In this document: positions 52,501 to 63,543 of the stretch, piece after piece
Numbering within the stretch: the stretch's first letter is position 1
How the letters are laid out: each line of letters starts with the position of its first letter
IMG/VR virus record: IMGVR_UViG_3300042465_006773
Source: a virus
Length of the DNA: 64,000 nucleotides
Reading direction: 5' to 3' (one strand)
The notes under the pieces: model-generated
What the model saw: the letters and a program-made list of their open reading frames with translations, nothing else
What the model was told of the DNA's origin: nothing
The model's database searches: none
Made by a program: the position numbers and the translations under genes

Positions 52501-55398
52501 ATGTCAAAAATAATTTCACAAGAGATAATCGAGAACTTTTTAAATGGTTCAGATTCGGAGCAGTACATTGTTGGAGTCGAATATGATTACCAAACAAACA
52601 AAATTTTTAAAATAATACAGGACCCCGAAAGAGGTAAAATTGTAAAATCAGACACATTAATACCATTTTTATGGGTTGGTGATTTGAGTGAACATAATTT
52701 TTATAGTGGAAATAAGTCACTTCAAAAAAGGAAGATGGCTGAGTTTGGTATCGTAATTGAAAAATTACAGACACATGGTAACGAAAGATTAGAAAACGGT
52801 CAGTGTTTTTTAGTAAAAAGTTTAAAAAATTACACGTCTTTAGTTTCATTTTTTAGATACGGAGGCATTGACCCTTGGAATGAAAAATTCAAACATTTAT
52901 TTACAATATTGTCACCGGTTGAACAGTTTTTAGTTCAAAAGAAAAAAAGACTCTTTAAGGGTATTGACGATTATTCAGGTGTCTATCGTTTTGTTTTTGA
53001 CATCGAGACAACAGGTCTTGAACCTGAAAAAAATAGAATAATCCTTATTGGTGTTAAAGATAATCGTGGTTTTAAAAAAACCATATCGGCATTTGGTGAT
53101 GATGGTGAAAAAAAATGTATAGAAGAATTTTTTGAAATAATAAAAGAATTAAAACCAACAATAATTGGTGGATATAACTCGGCTTCCTTTGATTTTCCAT
53201 TTATTTTAAAAAGGGCAGAAATATTGGGTATAGATATTAAAGAGTGTACTTCAATTTTCACAAACGAAGGTATAAAACAAAAAGAAGGTCTATTAAAGTT
53301 AGCAAATGAAGTGGAACCCTATACCCAACATGTAATATGGGGTCACAATATTGTAGATATATCACACTCGGTTAGAAGAGCACAAGCGATTAATTCGGAA
53401 ATTAAATCTTGGGGGTTGAAATACATTACCCAATACTTAGAAAAAGAAAAACCAAATCGTGTTTATGTTGAGGGTTCTATTATTTCTAAGATATATTTAG
53501 AAAACGATAGTTATTATATTAATCCGAAAACGGGTAAATACAAAAAAATTGGTGAACCGGGTACTGAGAACTTATTAGACAAGTATCCTGGTAAATATGA
53601 AATATGGCCGGGTCAAAGAATAGTTGAACAATATCTTGACGATGACTTGTACGAAACAATGATTGTCGATGATTCGTTTTCACAATCAACATTTTTGTTA
53701 TCTAAACTGGTACCAACCACTTATGAAAGAATTGCAACTATGGGTACCGCCACTCTTTGGAAAATTATCATGTTGGCTTGGTCTTACGAAAATGGATTAG
53801 CAATCCCCTCTAAAGATGAAAAGAGAGCCATTACAGGGGGTCTATCAAGATTACTAAATGTGGGATACTCCAAAAATATTGTAAAATTTGACTATGCGTC
53901 CCTTTACCCATCAATTCAATTGGTTTACGATGTTTTTCCTGAATGTGATGTGATGGGTGTTCAGAAATCTATGTTAAAGTATTTTCGAAATATTCGTATT
54001 AAATATAAAAGATTGGCCGGTGAACTCGCTAAAACAAATCCTGTTGAAGCAGAAATGTACGACCGTAAACAATTACCGATTAAAATTTTTATTAACGCAT
54101 ATTTTGGTTCATTATCTGCCCCTCAAGTGTTTCCGTGGGGTGATATGAACATGGGTGAAACAATCACCTGTACGGGTCGACAATGTCTTCGTATGATGAT
54201 TATGTTTTTTGAGAAAAAGGGTTATGTTCCGTTGGTTATGGATACTGATGGTGTTAATTTTTCAACTCCTGAAGACATTGATACTCATGTTTACATCGGT
54301 AAAGGTTTAAATGAATTGGTAGAAAAAGATAAAGAATATAAAGGAATTGAGGCGGACACCGCAGAATTTAATGATATCTTTATGAGAAACGAAATGGGTC
54401 TTGATATTGATTATACCGCACCTGCTTGTATTAATGTATCAAGAAAAAACTATATTATTAAACTCCTTAAAAAAGGAAAAGAAAAAATTAAATTAACGGG
54501 GAACACCATCAAATCTAAAAAACTACAACAATACATTGTAGAATTTTTAGATGAAGGTTTGAAACATTTACTAAATGGTGATGGGTTATCGTTTATTGAA
54601 TTATATTACAAATATGCTGAAAACATTTATAATCAAAAGATACCTCTATCAAAAATTGCAAATAAATCAAGAGTAAAACAATCGGTTGAAGATTATAAAA
54701 AACATATTAAAAAAATAACAAAATCAGGTTCTTTGATGTCTCGTCAGGCTCACATGGAATTAGTTATTCAAAATAATTATCCCGCCGGTTTAGGTGAAAC
54801 GATATACTACATTAATAATGGTAAAAAGAAATCTGATGGTGATGTTCAAAAAATAACAAAACCAACTAAAAAACAACAAGAAGAATATTTTCAAAAACAT
54901 GGAGAACAAATACCATCTGATTATTTGGAGATAAATTGTTACATGATTTCAGAGAGGGAATTGAGTAATAATCCCGAAATGACAGGTGATTATAATGTTG
55001 CCAGATATTTGAATAATTTTAATAAAAGAATTGAACCACTACTGGTTGTTTTTAACCCTGAAATTCGTCATGATATTTTAATCGAAAATCCCGAGAAAAG
55101 ACAATATTTTACTAGGGCACAATGTCAATTGGTTAGTGGTTATCCATTGAAAGAAGATGGTCAAGATAAGTATGAAGAAGTGATGACATTATCAGACAGT
55201 GAAGTATTGTTTTGGAATAGAGTTAATAGAGACCCGTTCTTTATGTATGTAGAAGATAGTTTAGAACTTGTAAATCCACATTGGGTTGAATTAAATAGAA
55301 GAGTCGTAAATTTAGAATCTGAAAGTATTAAGAACAATGAGGACGAATACATCGAAAATAACGGAAACGATTTCGCATTCCACGCGGTGGAATCTTAA
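52501..55398 (+). CDS. Family B DNA polymerase
   Basis: Exo motifs FDIETTG and GYNSASFD; Pol motifs DYASLYPS, KIFINAYFG, DTDG, KNY. Confidence 0.96.
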   Translation: MSKIISQEIIENFLNGSDSEQYIVGVEYDYQTNKIFKIIQDPERGKIVKSDTLIPFLWVGDLSEHNFYSGNKSLQKRKMAEFGIVIEKLQTHGNERLENGQCFLVKSLKNYTSLVSFFRYGGIDPWNEKFKHLFTILSPVEQFLVQKKKRLFKGIDDYSGVYRFVFDIETTGLEPEKNRIILIGVKDNRGFKKTISAFGDDGEKKCIEEFFEIIKELKPTIIGGYNSASFDFPFILKRAEILGIDIKECTSIFTNEGIKQKEGLLKLANEVEPYTQHVIWGHNIVDISHSVRRAQAINSEIKSWGLKYITQYLEKEKPNRVYVEGSIISKIYLENDSYYINPKTGKYKKIGEPGTENLLDKYPGKYEIWPGQRIVEQYLDDDLYETMIVDDSFSQSTFLLSKLVPTTYERIATMGTATLWKIIMLAWSYENGLAIPSKDEKRAITGGLSRLLNVGYSKNIVKFDYASLYPSIQLVYDVFPECDVMGVQKSMLKYFRNIRIKYKRLAGELAKTNPVEAEMYDRKQLPIKIFINAYFGSLSAPQVFPWGDMNMGETITCTGRQCLRMMIMFFEKKGYVPLVMDTDGVNFSTPEDIDTHVYIGKGLNELVEKDKEYKGIEADTAEFNDIFMRNEMGLDIDYTAPACINVSRKNYIIKLLKKGKEKIKLTGNTIKSKKLQQYIVEFLDEGLKHLLNGDGLSFIELYYKYAENIYNQKIPLSKIANKSRVKQSVEDYKKHIKKITKSGSLMSRQAHMELVIQNNYPAGLGETIYYINNGKKKSDGDVQKITKPTKKQQEEYFQKHGEQIPSDYLEINCYMISERELSNNPEMTGDYNVARYLNNFNKRIEPLLVVFNPEIRHDILIENPEKRQYFTRAQCQLVSGYPLKEDGQDKYEEVMTLSDSEVLFWNRVNRDPFFMYVEDSLELVNPHWVELNRRVVNLESESIKNNEDEYIENNGNDFAFHAVES

Positions 55399-56513
55399 AT
55401 TACGTTATATGGTGATTGGAAAGGTCTATATTTAAGAGCCTTGTTTAAATTTTCAGCTTCTGCTCCCTTTCGCTCCAATAATTTATCTGGTCTAAGTCTT
55501 TCTAAACGATTCATTAATTCTTCAATTAGTTTTAATTTTTCGTCTTTACCTTCGGTCAACAATGTACTATAGTCTAATTTTATTGTACTATCAGGTACTT
55601 GTAAATCACCTGAAAATTTACCCCATATTCTACCTAATCCTTCTTTTGAATAGGCAATAAGATACTTTCTAACCCAATTTTGTGCGGGTTTATTTAACAT
55701 ATCCCATGTTAATTCTTCAACCTCCACATCTGATGGTAATTTAACGATACCACTGTTTTTATCTAAACAAGTGTCACTTGATGTGGTGTCATAGTACCAA
55801 TACCAAACTCTACTTCTATTATTTTGTATCGAACCAAAATCGAATCTACCACCAGGTACGTTTGATAAATGAACTATTTTAGTACCATTTGGACCTGCTG
55901 TTATTCGATATGTGAGTTCACCACCTATAAGTCTATTTTTTAAATTTCTGTCCTGCATTCTCAATAAAAGGTCGTATGCTGGTAACAAGAAATATGACCC
56001 CGATGCACCTTGTTGAGCAAAACCACCGACACCCCCAAAAGCAACACCACCTAATCCACCAAACCCACCCAAAAATGGGTCAACAATAGAATCAGTTAAT
56101 TCTGCTCTGGTAAACCATAATAATTCGTTTATTTCTCTACCAGCAGGAATTACATAGGTTTGGGTGTTGGCTGACAACGTTATATAGTCTTTTTTCAGTT
56201 CACTATCACCACCGGCTTGTAATCCAACAATCTTAGAGTACGAGTGACTATATTGTGTTTCATAATCCAAACTTCTTGTTGTGAATGCTCTTGTTAAGGA
56301 TTGTGTATCCACATCTAAACCAACTAATGCCGACCATTGAGATTCGATTAACCAATCATTAACATACTGTTCATACTCTGATACCGATAACTCTAAAAAG
56401 GTGTCCATTTGTTCTTCGGTTAATTCGACACCTCTAACAGGTAAACCTAATAAATGAAAAACTTGTGTATATAGTTTTTGTTTTTCGGTATTTGAAATTA
56501 TTGTTATACTCAT
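55395..56513 (-). CDS. Neck/head-completion protein (T4 gp13-like)
   Basis: LGLPVRGVELTEEQ, WVRKYLIAYSKEGLGRIWGKF. Confidence 0.75.
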   Translation of the reverse strand: MSITIISNTEKQKLYTQVFHLLGLPVRGVELTEEQMDTFLELSVSEYEQYVNDWLIESQWSALVGLDVDTQSLTRAFTTRSLDYETQYSHSYSKIVGLQAGGDSELKKDYITLSANTQTYVIPAGREINELLWFTRAELTDSIVDPFLGGFGGLGGVAFGGVGGFAQQGASGSYFLLPAYDLLLRMQDRNLKNRLIGGELTYRITAGPNGTKIVHLSNVPGGRFDFGSIQNNRSRVWYWYYDTTSSDTCLDKNSGIVKLPSDVEVEELTWDMLNKPAQNWVRKYLIAYSKEGLGRIWGKFSGDLQVPDSTIKLDYSTLLTEGKDEKLKLIEELMNRLERLRPDKLLERKGAEAENLNKALKYRPFQSPYNVI

Positions 56514-56554
56514 GAATTTACTTTATTTATAAATACTCGTATATTCAGTACACT

Positions 56555-56833
56555 ATGTCTAACAATAATATATTTAATTCTAAAATATTTTATGAGTTTT
56601 TTCTTTTTTGTACAAAAAAAAACATTGATTTTGTTTTAGAAATTAGTGAAAAAAGTAAAATAAAATATAATTCTAATGAAAATAAACTCACTGCGAGTTT
56701 ATCAAAAAAAGATGATGAATTCAAACCGCAAATGATTTACAGTGTTTGGAATAAAATTATTGATAATAATATTGTGGATATGGATGAAAAAGAAAAAATA
56801 AAAAAAGAATTAAATAATTTGTTTGAGAAGTGA
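56555..56833 (+). CDS. Hypothetical protein
   Basis: 92-aa ORF filling the gap between two minus-strand genes. Confidence 0.5.
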   Translation: MSNNNIFNSKIFYEFFLFCTKKNIDFVLEISEKSKIKYNSNENKLTASLSKKDDEFKPQMIYSVWNKIIDNNIVDMDEKEKIKKELNNLFEK

Positions 56834-58564
56834 TTGTGCGAAGTTTTCACCAAAATCACCGTCACCCATAACTTGGTCTATTATATTTTTCTTTTTTTGC
56901 AAAATATTATAAACTATTTTTTCTATTGTGTTTTCAAAAATTGGATAGTAGACAACTACGTTTTTTTTCTGACCATATCTAAATGCCCTATCTTCCGCCT
57001 GACTGTGATGTGCGGGAACGAAAGATAAATCGTTCATGATAACAACTTCGGCTTCTGTTAGGGTAATACCAACACCACCAGCAACAATATTTGATATGAA
57101 AATTTTTATTTTATCTTCGGTTTGAAATCTATCAACGGATTTTTGTCTTTTTTCTTTAGACATTCTACCATCTAAGACAACCGAATTTTTTTTATATTTT
57201 TCATGTAACATATCCAATGCCATTGTAAAATTAGTAAAAACAATAATTTTTTTTCCTTGCTCCAAACACCTATCAATTATCTCACAAGTATAATCTACTT
57301 TTTGTTCTGAAATTATTTTTCTAATTTTCATTAACCTGTTAATTGTCACAGATAACGACTCTTTATTTTTGTTTTCTTGAGCGATTTGAATAAACTCTTC
57401 CAATCCACTATCATATTCAGTACTTGATAAGGTTAAAAATACAGGACTAATTATTTTATCTGGTAAATCTAAAATATCTGTTTTTAATCTTCGTAATATA
57501 GTGTTTTTTGTTTTTAATCTTAATTCATCTAAATTTGTTGCTCCACCTGTATTCCAAATTTTTCTACCGTTTACTGTAAACTGATACCCACCACAATATC
57601 TTCTAACATATGAAGACCAATCCAAAGTCACATTTGAATTTACAATTCTTAATAGGTTAAAATAATTTATCGGTCTCGATGTCATAGGTGTACCTGTAAG
57701 TAACCAAACTTTAGGTATCTTTGATAAGATATCATTTATTAACTTTGTTCTTTGTGCTGTTGTATTTGAAATATAATGGGCCTCATCAACTATTGCTAGG
57801 TCAAAATTAGTATCTGAAATCTGTGTGTTTTTTTGTTCACCAATTTCGGGTTCACCAATTGTGTGATAATTTTTTATAATGTCATAATTTATTATGTAAT
57901 AATCAAATGTTGAACCCCATTTACCTCCTTCCACAATTAGAGTTTTTTTGTTTGAATAAATTTCAATTTCTCTTTGCCAATTTATTTTTAAAGAGGCTGG
58001 ACATATTATAAGAATTTTTTTTGATTGACTTTCTAATGAAGCAATTATTGTTGATGTCGTTTTACCCAAACCCATATCATCTGCTAATATAAATCTATCG
58101 TTCGATAGTAATTTTTCAATAGCTATTTTTTGATGAGGTAATGGTGGTCTATTATCATATGGGGAATAATCTATTTCTCTATTTAATTTTTTTTCTTCTT
58201 GTATAATTGCTGATTTTGGAATCCACATCGCATGATTTTTTTGGTTTTCATAAATCTTACCCCATATATGGTACGCCTTATCTGTTTCACACAATAATTT
58301 TTCACACCATATTTTTTCGGGAACAAAATCTAATTCCTTTGTTTCTTTTAGTTTTTCTCCAAAGTTCTCAACTATAACAATATTTTTTCTTGCTACTTTA
58401 GGTACAACTTCATGATATTTGATAACATATTCAGATTGAGGTCTTGTTAATTTAAAACTTTTATTTGTTTCAAATTTTTTTTTCCAATCGAGCATTTGGT
58501 TATTGTAACCCTCGTAGGTCTCTAAAATATTTTTTGCAACAATTTCCGGTACTTTATCAAGCAT
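56810..58564 (-). CDS. SNF2-family (SMARCAL1-like) helicase
   Basis: ADDMGLGKT, CPASL, VDEAH, LTGTP, LRRLK, GVGITL, QAEDRAFRYGQ. Confidence 0.93.
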   Translation of the reverse strand: MLDKVPEIVAKNILETYEGYNNQMLDWKKKFETNKSFKLTRPQSEYVIKYHEVVPKVARKNIVIVENFGEKLKETKELDFVPEKIWCEKLLCETDKAYHIWGKIYENQKNHAMWIPKSAIIQEEKKLNREIDYSPYDNRPPLPHQKIAIEKLLSNDRFILADDMGLGKTTSTIIASLESQSKKILIICPASLKINWQREIEIYSNKKTLIVEGGKWGSTFDYYIINYDIIKNYHTIGEPEIGEQKNTQISDTNFDLAIVDEAHYISNTTAQRTKLINDILSKIPKVWLLTGTPMTSRPINYFNLLRIVNSNVTLDWSSYVRRYCGGYQFTVNGRKIWNTGGATNLDELRLKTKNTILRRLKTDILDLPDKIISPVFLTLSSTEYDSGLEEFIQIAQENKNKESLSVTINRLMKIRKIISEQKVDYTCEIIDRCLEQGKKIIVFTNFTMALDMLHEKYKKNSVVLDGRMSKEKRQKSVDRFQTEDKIKIFISNIVAGGVGITLTEAEVVIMNDLSFVPAHHSQAEDRAFRYGQKKNVVVYYPIFENTIEKIVYNILQKKKNIIDQVMGDGDFGENFAQSLLKQII

Positions 58565-58615
58565 CTTTAATAAATAATAATAAATAAGATTGATAATATA
58601 AACTATTTATTATAT

Positions 58616-59128
58616 ATGAAAAACAAATTACCCATTACAAGAATTTCAAAATTTTTTTCCCAAACAGATATGGATTTAAATGTTCAATTGGGTGAAGAGT
58701 ATCTACACGGTGATTTAGGTATGAGATTGGTTCTTTTTAGAGTTGATAGACAAAAAACGGATACCGATAACGTATATGGTGAAGTGGGTAAAGATGGGAT
58801 AAAATTTTACCCACCTGTTGAATTTTATGGTTTGGTAAAAATAGAAGAACCAAAAAACAATAGTTATACAAAAGGAGTAAACAGATATTTGGAACCGGGA
58901 AATATGTCGGTATCTGTCTATTTAAAACATTTAGAAGAAATGCAGATAGATATCAAATATGGTGACTTTATTGGGTATCCTGAATCTGAAGAAAAAATTA
59001 GATACTATACTGTTACAAATGATGGTAAAGTTGTATCAGACAATAAACATAATATGTTTGGTTTTAAACCATATTATAGAACTATTCTTTGCGTACCAGC
59101 ACAAGAATTTGAATTTAGAGGAATTTAA
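58616..59128 (+). CDS. Neck/head-closure protein (gp14-like position)
   Basis: DNVYGE motif, GDFI; lies before the gp15-like and sheath genes. Confidence 0.6.
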   Translation: MKNKLPITRISKFFSQTDMDLNVQLGEEYLHGDLGMRLVLFRVDRQKTDTDNVYGEVGKDGIKFYPPVEFYGLVKIEEPKNNSYTKGVNRYLEPGNMSVSVYLKHLEEMQIDIKYGDFIGYPESEEKIRYYTVTNDGKVVSDNKHNMFGFKPYYRTILCVPAQEFEFRGI

Positions 59129-59130
59129 TT

Positions 59131-60225
59131 ATGGGATTACCTAAAAGAAAAACAGATATAAAAGTTTTTGGTGTTAGTCAAAATACAGACAATGCCGTTA
59201 TTGGTAGAAGAAAAGAATTGTTAGAAGAAATAACAAAATCAGATACTTTTTTACCTGATTCAATTATGCATGATGACATGGATTTGGGTATGCTTGAATT
59301 TGTAAAAGAAAATTTTAAAATAATGTCTGATGGTGAAGAGTTACCTATAATACCAAAAATACTAACGATTCAAAGATGGTCAGAATTTAAAAATAATTGG
59401 AACTTTTCAGATGAAGATGGTAATATAAAATTACCATTTATTGCGGTTGTCAGAAAACCTGATGTTCAATTGGGTACTAATCCATCAATTCAAAGAACCA
59501 TACCCGATAGAAGAGATTTTTTCTATGCCTCGGTACCAACTTGGGATGGGAATCAAATGGGTGCCGATGTGTATAAGATACCTCAACCTGTACCTGTTGA
59601 CATTGGATTTGATGTAACAATTGTTTGTACAAAATTTAGAGATATTAACACTTTCAATAAAAAAGTTTTACAAAAATTTTCATCAAGACAAGCCTATACT
59701 AAAATTAAAGGACATTATATACCAATAATTTTAGATAGAATAGAAAACGATAACACCGCAATGGATACAATGGATGGTAGAAGATTCTATGTTCAAAATT
59801 ATTCTTTTACGATGTTAGGGTTTTTGATTGATGAAGAAGAGTTTGAAGTTTCACCAGCGATTTCAAGAGCAATATTGATGAGTGAAGTTGATAGTAGAAA
59901 ATTAAAAAGTAGTAATAAAAGTAATTTAATAACTTTAAATTCTTCATATAGTAGTGGTTCAGTTATTGCCACTTATACCGCAACCTCACAATATAAAGTA
60001 GATAAAACAATAGAGATTGTTTTTAATGATGTAATTAACACTATAACAGGTGATTCAATAAATCAAACCGTAAGATTGTTTATTGACACAAATCAAACAT
60101 CGGGAACAACACAATACACAATTAATGAAAATTATTCAAATATTACAGGTAATAATACATTTTCAGGGGTTACCATTAATTCAATTGGTAAATCAAAGTA
60201 TTCATATTCATATGAACTAACTTAA
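59131..60225 (+). CDS. Tail terminator/sheath stabiliser (gp15-like) with C-terminal Ig-like extension
   Basis: LPFIAVVR, PQPVPVDIGFDV, YSFTMLGFL; synteny with the sheath gene. Confidence 0.65.
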   Translation: MGLPKRKTDIKVFGVSQNTDNAVIGRRKELLEEITKSDTFLPDSIMHDDMDLGMLEFVKENFKIMSDGEELPIIPKILTIQRWSEFKNNWNFSDEDGNIKLPFIAVVRKPDVQLGTNPSIQRTIPDRRDFFYASVPTWDGNQMGADVYKIPQPVPVDIGFDVTIVCTKFRDINTFNKKVLQKFSSRQAYTKIKGHYIPIILDRIENDNTAMDTMDGRRFYVQNYSFTMLGFLIDEEEFEVSPAISRAILMSEVDSRKLKSSNKSNLITLNSSYSSGSVIATYTATSQYKVDKTIEIVFNDVINTITGDSINQTVRLFIDTNQTSGTTQYTINENYSNITGNNTFSGVTINSIGKSKYSYSYELT

Positions 60226-60401
60226 TCCCCATAAATGTCTCTTTTTTGTTGTTGTATTTGTTTTGTGTTATTTTTACAAATTTCTTCAATACTTTTTTGA
60301 ATTACTTTGTGAATTTTTAATCCGTTAATTTCACAATATTCTTTCAGTATTTTGTGATGATATTCACTTATTTTTATATTTTTAGAAGTGTTATCTTTCA
60401 T
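60222..60401 (-). CDS. Small ribbon-helix-helix-like protein (59 aa)
   Basis: Not in the ORF track. MKDNTSKNIKISEYHHKILKEYCEINGLKIHKVIQKSIEEICK shows the RHH strand-helix-G-helix pattern. Confidence 0.65.
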   Translation of the reverse strand: MKDNTSKNIKISEYHHKILKEYCEINGLKIHKVIQKSIEEICKNNTKQIQQQKRDIYGD

Positions 60402-60536
60402 AAAGATAAATATAGATAAAAAAAGATAAATTTATATATATAACTATTTTTTTTTATAAAATAAAGGGAATCTTTGGTAAATGTGATAATATTTATTATA
60501 AAAAGAAATAAAATAATATAACCAAACAATATAAAA

Positions 60537-63392
60537 ATGGCAAATTCAAATAGAGTTTTTGTATCTCCTGGTGTATACACATCAGAAAAAGATTTAACTT
60601 TTGTAGCTCAAAGTGTGGGTGTAAGTACACTTGGTTTAGTAGGTGAGACCTTAAAAGGTCCTGCGTTTGAGCCGATTTTAATAACTGATTTCGACGAGTT
60701 TAAGTCCTATTTTGGAACAACGTCTCCACTTAAAGATGGGAATGGTAACCCAAAATTTGAATTGCCATATTTTGCTAAATCATACTTAGAAGAATCAAAC
60801 CAATTATTTGTTACAAGGATATTAGGTTTAACAGGATATATGCCAAGTAAAAGTTTTGGAATACAAACTATTGGTGGTGTTACTTTGGGAACTTTAAGTG
60901 GAACAACATCTGGTTTAACCATGTCCGCAACTACCAGTACAATTACAGGTAGTACAATATATTCGGAATTGTCCGATAAAATTTCAGTAGATGGAAATTA
61001 CATTACCGATTATATTGTATCTAATTTTAGTGGTAATACTTCTTCAAACCATGGTCAATGGTTTGTTATGGGAAATGTACCATCTTCAGGTACAACATCA
61101 TTAACCACCTCTTTGGAGGAAGTTTCTCCTTTGACAGGTTTAGATAACGCAAACAATAACAATAATAAAGAGTGGTATAACGTTTTAGTTAACACAGGTA
61201 ATACCGAAGTTTATTCATACTTATTTGTTTACAATAGTGGTACTTCAAGGTTTGATGTAACAAGATATACCTATAACGCAACTTTGAATAGTGACTACGA
61301 TGGAAAGATAATTTTATCTTTTAGACCGAGAGGTTCGTATGTTGGACAAACATTGAATCTTGAAGTAACTACCGATTCCAATTTTAATATCAGTGGTACT
61401 GGTTTAACATCAAATCCTTTATCTGAGTTTACTGTAAATGTAACAGGTGCAACAAGTGGAGCAAAATCTTTTACATGTAGTATGGACAGTACTTCATCAA
61501 AATACGTAACCAAAGTATTTGGTACAGACGTTTATGATAGATTAAAAGGTGATGTTCCAATTTATGTTTTCGAGTCATACCCTAACTATCTTTTAGAGGC
61601 CTACAAACAAGGTTATATCAGAGGTTTAAGTTTAACAGAAATCTATGAAAGTGAAACAAATTCTTTTAGAACAAAATGGGACACACCTGTTTCTCCAACA
61701 ATTGTTTCAGAAGTTCGTGGTGGTGAAGTTGTTGATTTATTTGACATAATCACTATTTCAGATGGAGACAGTGCTAATTTTGAAGTAAAAATATCGATAA
61801 TAAACATTAACATTGAAACAGGTGAATTTGATTTGATTGTTAGGGATTTTAATGATACCGATGATAACATTGTTGTACTTGAAAAATTCTCAAGATGTTC
61901 AATGAATCCAGATTTACCTGGATACGTTGCAAGAAAGATTGGAACCTCCGATGGAGAATATGAATTACGTTCAAGATATATTATGTTATCGATGAGTAGT
62001 AGTGCACCATCAGACGCATATCCCGCAGGATTTAAAGGGTTCGTATCAAATAGTACGTTCGGTTCAAAAACTTTGGGTTCTGTTATGTACAAAACGGAGT
62101 TCTACGATGCTGGTGATATTATGGGTTATGAATCAGATGGTACTCCTATTTTATCTTCAGGTGATAAACTAAGAAGAACATATTTCGGTTTAGGTAATCA
62201 AGTTAGTCAAGTTACATTTGATAGAGATTTATTTAAATTTAAAGGAATAAATGCAACTTCATCAACTGAAGGATTTCACTTATCAACAAACGCTTCAACT
62301 TTGACAGGTACGACGTATTTAACAACACCATATGATTTAGAAGGTCAAACAGATGCAACAAACAATAAATTAACAAATATTAACTATAGAAAGTTTACAT
62401 TAGCGGTATGTGGTGGATTTGATGGGTGGGACATTTATAGAAACGTAAGAACATATGGTGACAATTATATCTTTGGTAAACCAACATATGTAAGTGGTAA
62501 CACTTCAAATGGGGGTGTATTTAGTACTCTTTCAGGAAATTCTGATTATTACTCATACATACAAGGTATTGACACTTTTTCAAATCCAGAAGCGGTTGAT
62601 ATCAATATATTTGCGACACCAGGTATAAACTTTTTTGACCACAGTTCATTGACAGCTTACGCAATTGAAATGGTTGAAGAAGATAGAGCAGACTCTTTAT
62701 ACGTAATATCAAGTCCAAATCAAACAACAACTGATGAAATTATTGATTCATTGGATTTAGTATCAATTGATAGTAACTATTCGTCAACATATTGGCCGTG
62801 GATTCAAGTGAGAGATGTGGATAATGCAACACAATTGTTTTTACCACCAACAGGTGAAGTATTAAGGAACATTGCGTTAACCGATAATGTTTCTTTTCCA
62901 TGGTTTGCTGTGGCCGGGTATTCAAGAGGTTTAGTTAATTCAATTAAAGCATATAAGAAATTAACATTGGATGAAAGAGATGATTTGTATAAGAATAGAA
63001 TTAATCCAATCGCAACTTTTGCTGATACAGGTACTATAATTTGGGGTAACAAAACTTTACAAGTTAGAGAATCCGCTTTGGATAGAATAAACGTAAGAAG
63101 ACTTTTGTTGAGAACGAGAAAATTAATATCAGCAGTTGCGGTTAGACTTTTATTTGAACAAAATGATGAACAAGTTCGTAATGAGTTCTTAAGATTAGTT
63201 AATCCAATATTAGAATCGATAAAAAGAGAAAGAGGTGTTTACGAATTCAGAGTAACAGTATCAAACGACCCAGAGGATATTGATGCAAACACTTTGAGAG
63301 GTAAAATATATATTAAACCAACCCGCTCATTGGAATTCATTGATTTGGAATTTATAATTACACCTACAGGTGCATCTTTCGAAAATGTTTAA
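60537..63392 (+). CDS. Contractile tail sheath protein (gp18-like)
   Basis: SPGVYTSEKD, GETLKGP, YWPW, PWFAVAG, RINPI, WGNKTL, RINVRRL, FEQND, KPTRSLEFI. Confidence 0.96.
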   Translation: MANSNRVFVSPGVYTSEKDLTFVAQSVGVSTLGLVGETLKGPAFEPILITDFDEFKSYFGTTSPLKDGNGNPKFELPYFAKSYLEESNQLFVTRILGLTGYMPSKSFGIQTIGGVTLGTLSGTTSGLTMSATTSTITGSTIYSELSDKISVDGNYITDYIVSNFSGNTSSNHGQWFVMGNVPSSGTTSLTTSLEEVSPLTGLDNANNNNNKEWYNVLVNTGNTEVYSYLFVYNSGTSRFDVTRYTYNATLNSDYDGKIILSFRPRGSYVGQTLNLEVTTDSNFNISGTGLTSNPLSEFTVNVTGATSGAKSFTCSMDSTSSKYVTKVFGTDVYDRLKGDVPIYVFESYPNYLLEAYKQGYIRGLSLTEIYESETNSFRTKWDTPVSPTIVSEVRGGEVVDLFDIITISDGDSANFEVKISIININIETGEFDLIVRDFNDTDDNIVVLEKFSRCSMNPDLPGYVARKIGTSDGEYELRSRYIMLSMSSSAPSDAYPAGFKGFVSNSTFGSKTLGSVMYKTEFYDAGDIMGYESDGTPILSSGDKLRRTYFGLGNQVSQVTFDRDLFKFKGINATSSTEGFHLSTNASTLTGTTYLTTPYDLEGQTDATNNKLTNINYRKFTLAVCGGFDGWDIYRNVRTYGDNYIFGKPTYVSGNTSNGGVFSTLSGNSDYYSYIQGIDTFSNPEAVDINIFATPGINFFDHSSLTAYAIEMVEEDRADSLYVISSPNQTTTDEIIDSLDLVSIDSNYSSTYWPWIQVRDVDNATQLFLPPTGEVLRNIALTDNVSFPWFAVAGYSRGLVNSIKAYKKLTLDERDDLYKNRINPIATFADTGTIIWGNKTLQVRESALDRINVRRLLLRTRKLISAVAVRLLFEQNDEQVRNEFLRLVNPILESIKRERGVYEFRVTVSNDPEDIDANTLRGKIYIKPTRSLEFIDLEFIITPTGASFENV

Positions 63393-63397
63393 AAATT

Positions 63398-63543
63398 GCC
63401 CAGTATATTACACCAGTATATAAAACTAGTAGATAATAAATGTTAAATAGACTAGAAATAATAAATACTAGATAATAAAAACTAGAAATAATAAATACTA
63501 GATAATAAAAACTAGAAATAATAAATACTAGTATATACTGGGC
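63398..63543. repeat. ACTAG-containing tandem array flanked by an 11-bp inverted repeat
   Basis: GCCCAGTATAT (63398-63408) and ATATACTGGGC (63533-63543) enclose the 30-bp unit ACTAGAAATAATAAATACTAGATAATAAAA in about 2.7 copies (63451-63531). Confidence 0.9.

Noticed and set aside
52501-55398. Intein or intron in the polymerase (also checked terminase and helicase)
   Set aside because: Motifs are contiguous, with no intein splice signatures or homing endonuclease motifs seen.
63398-63543. Possible CRISPR mini-array
   Set aside because: No unique spacers, and no cas genes in the window.
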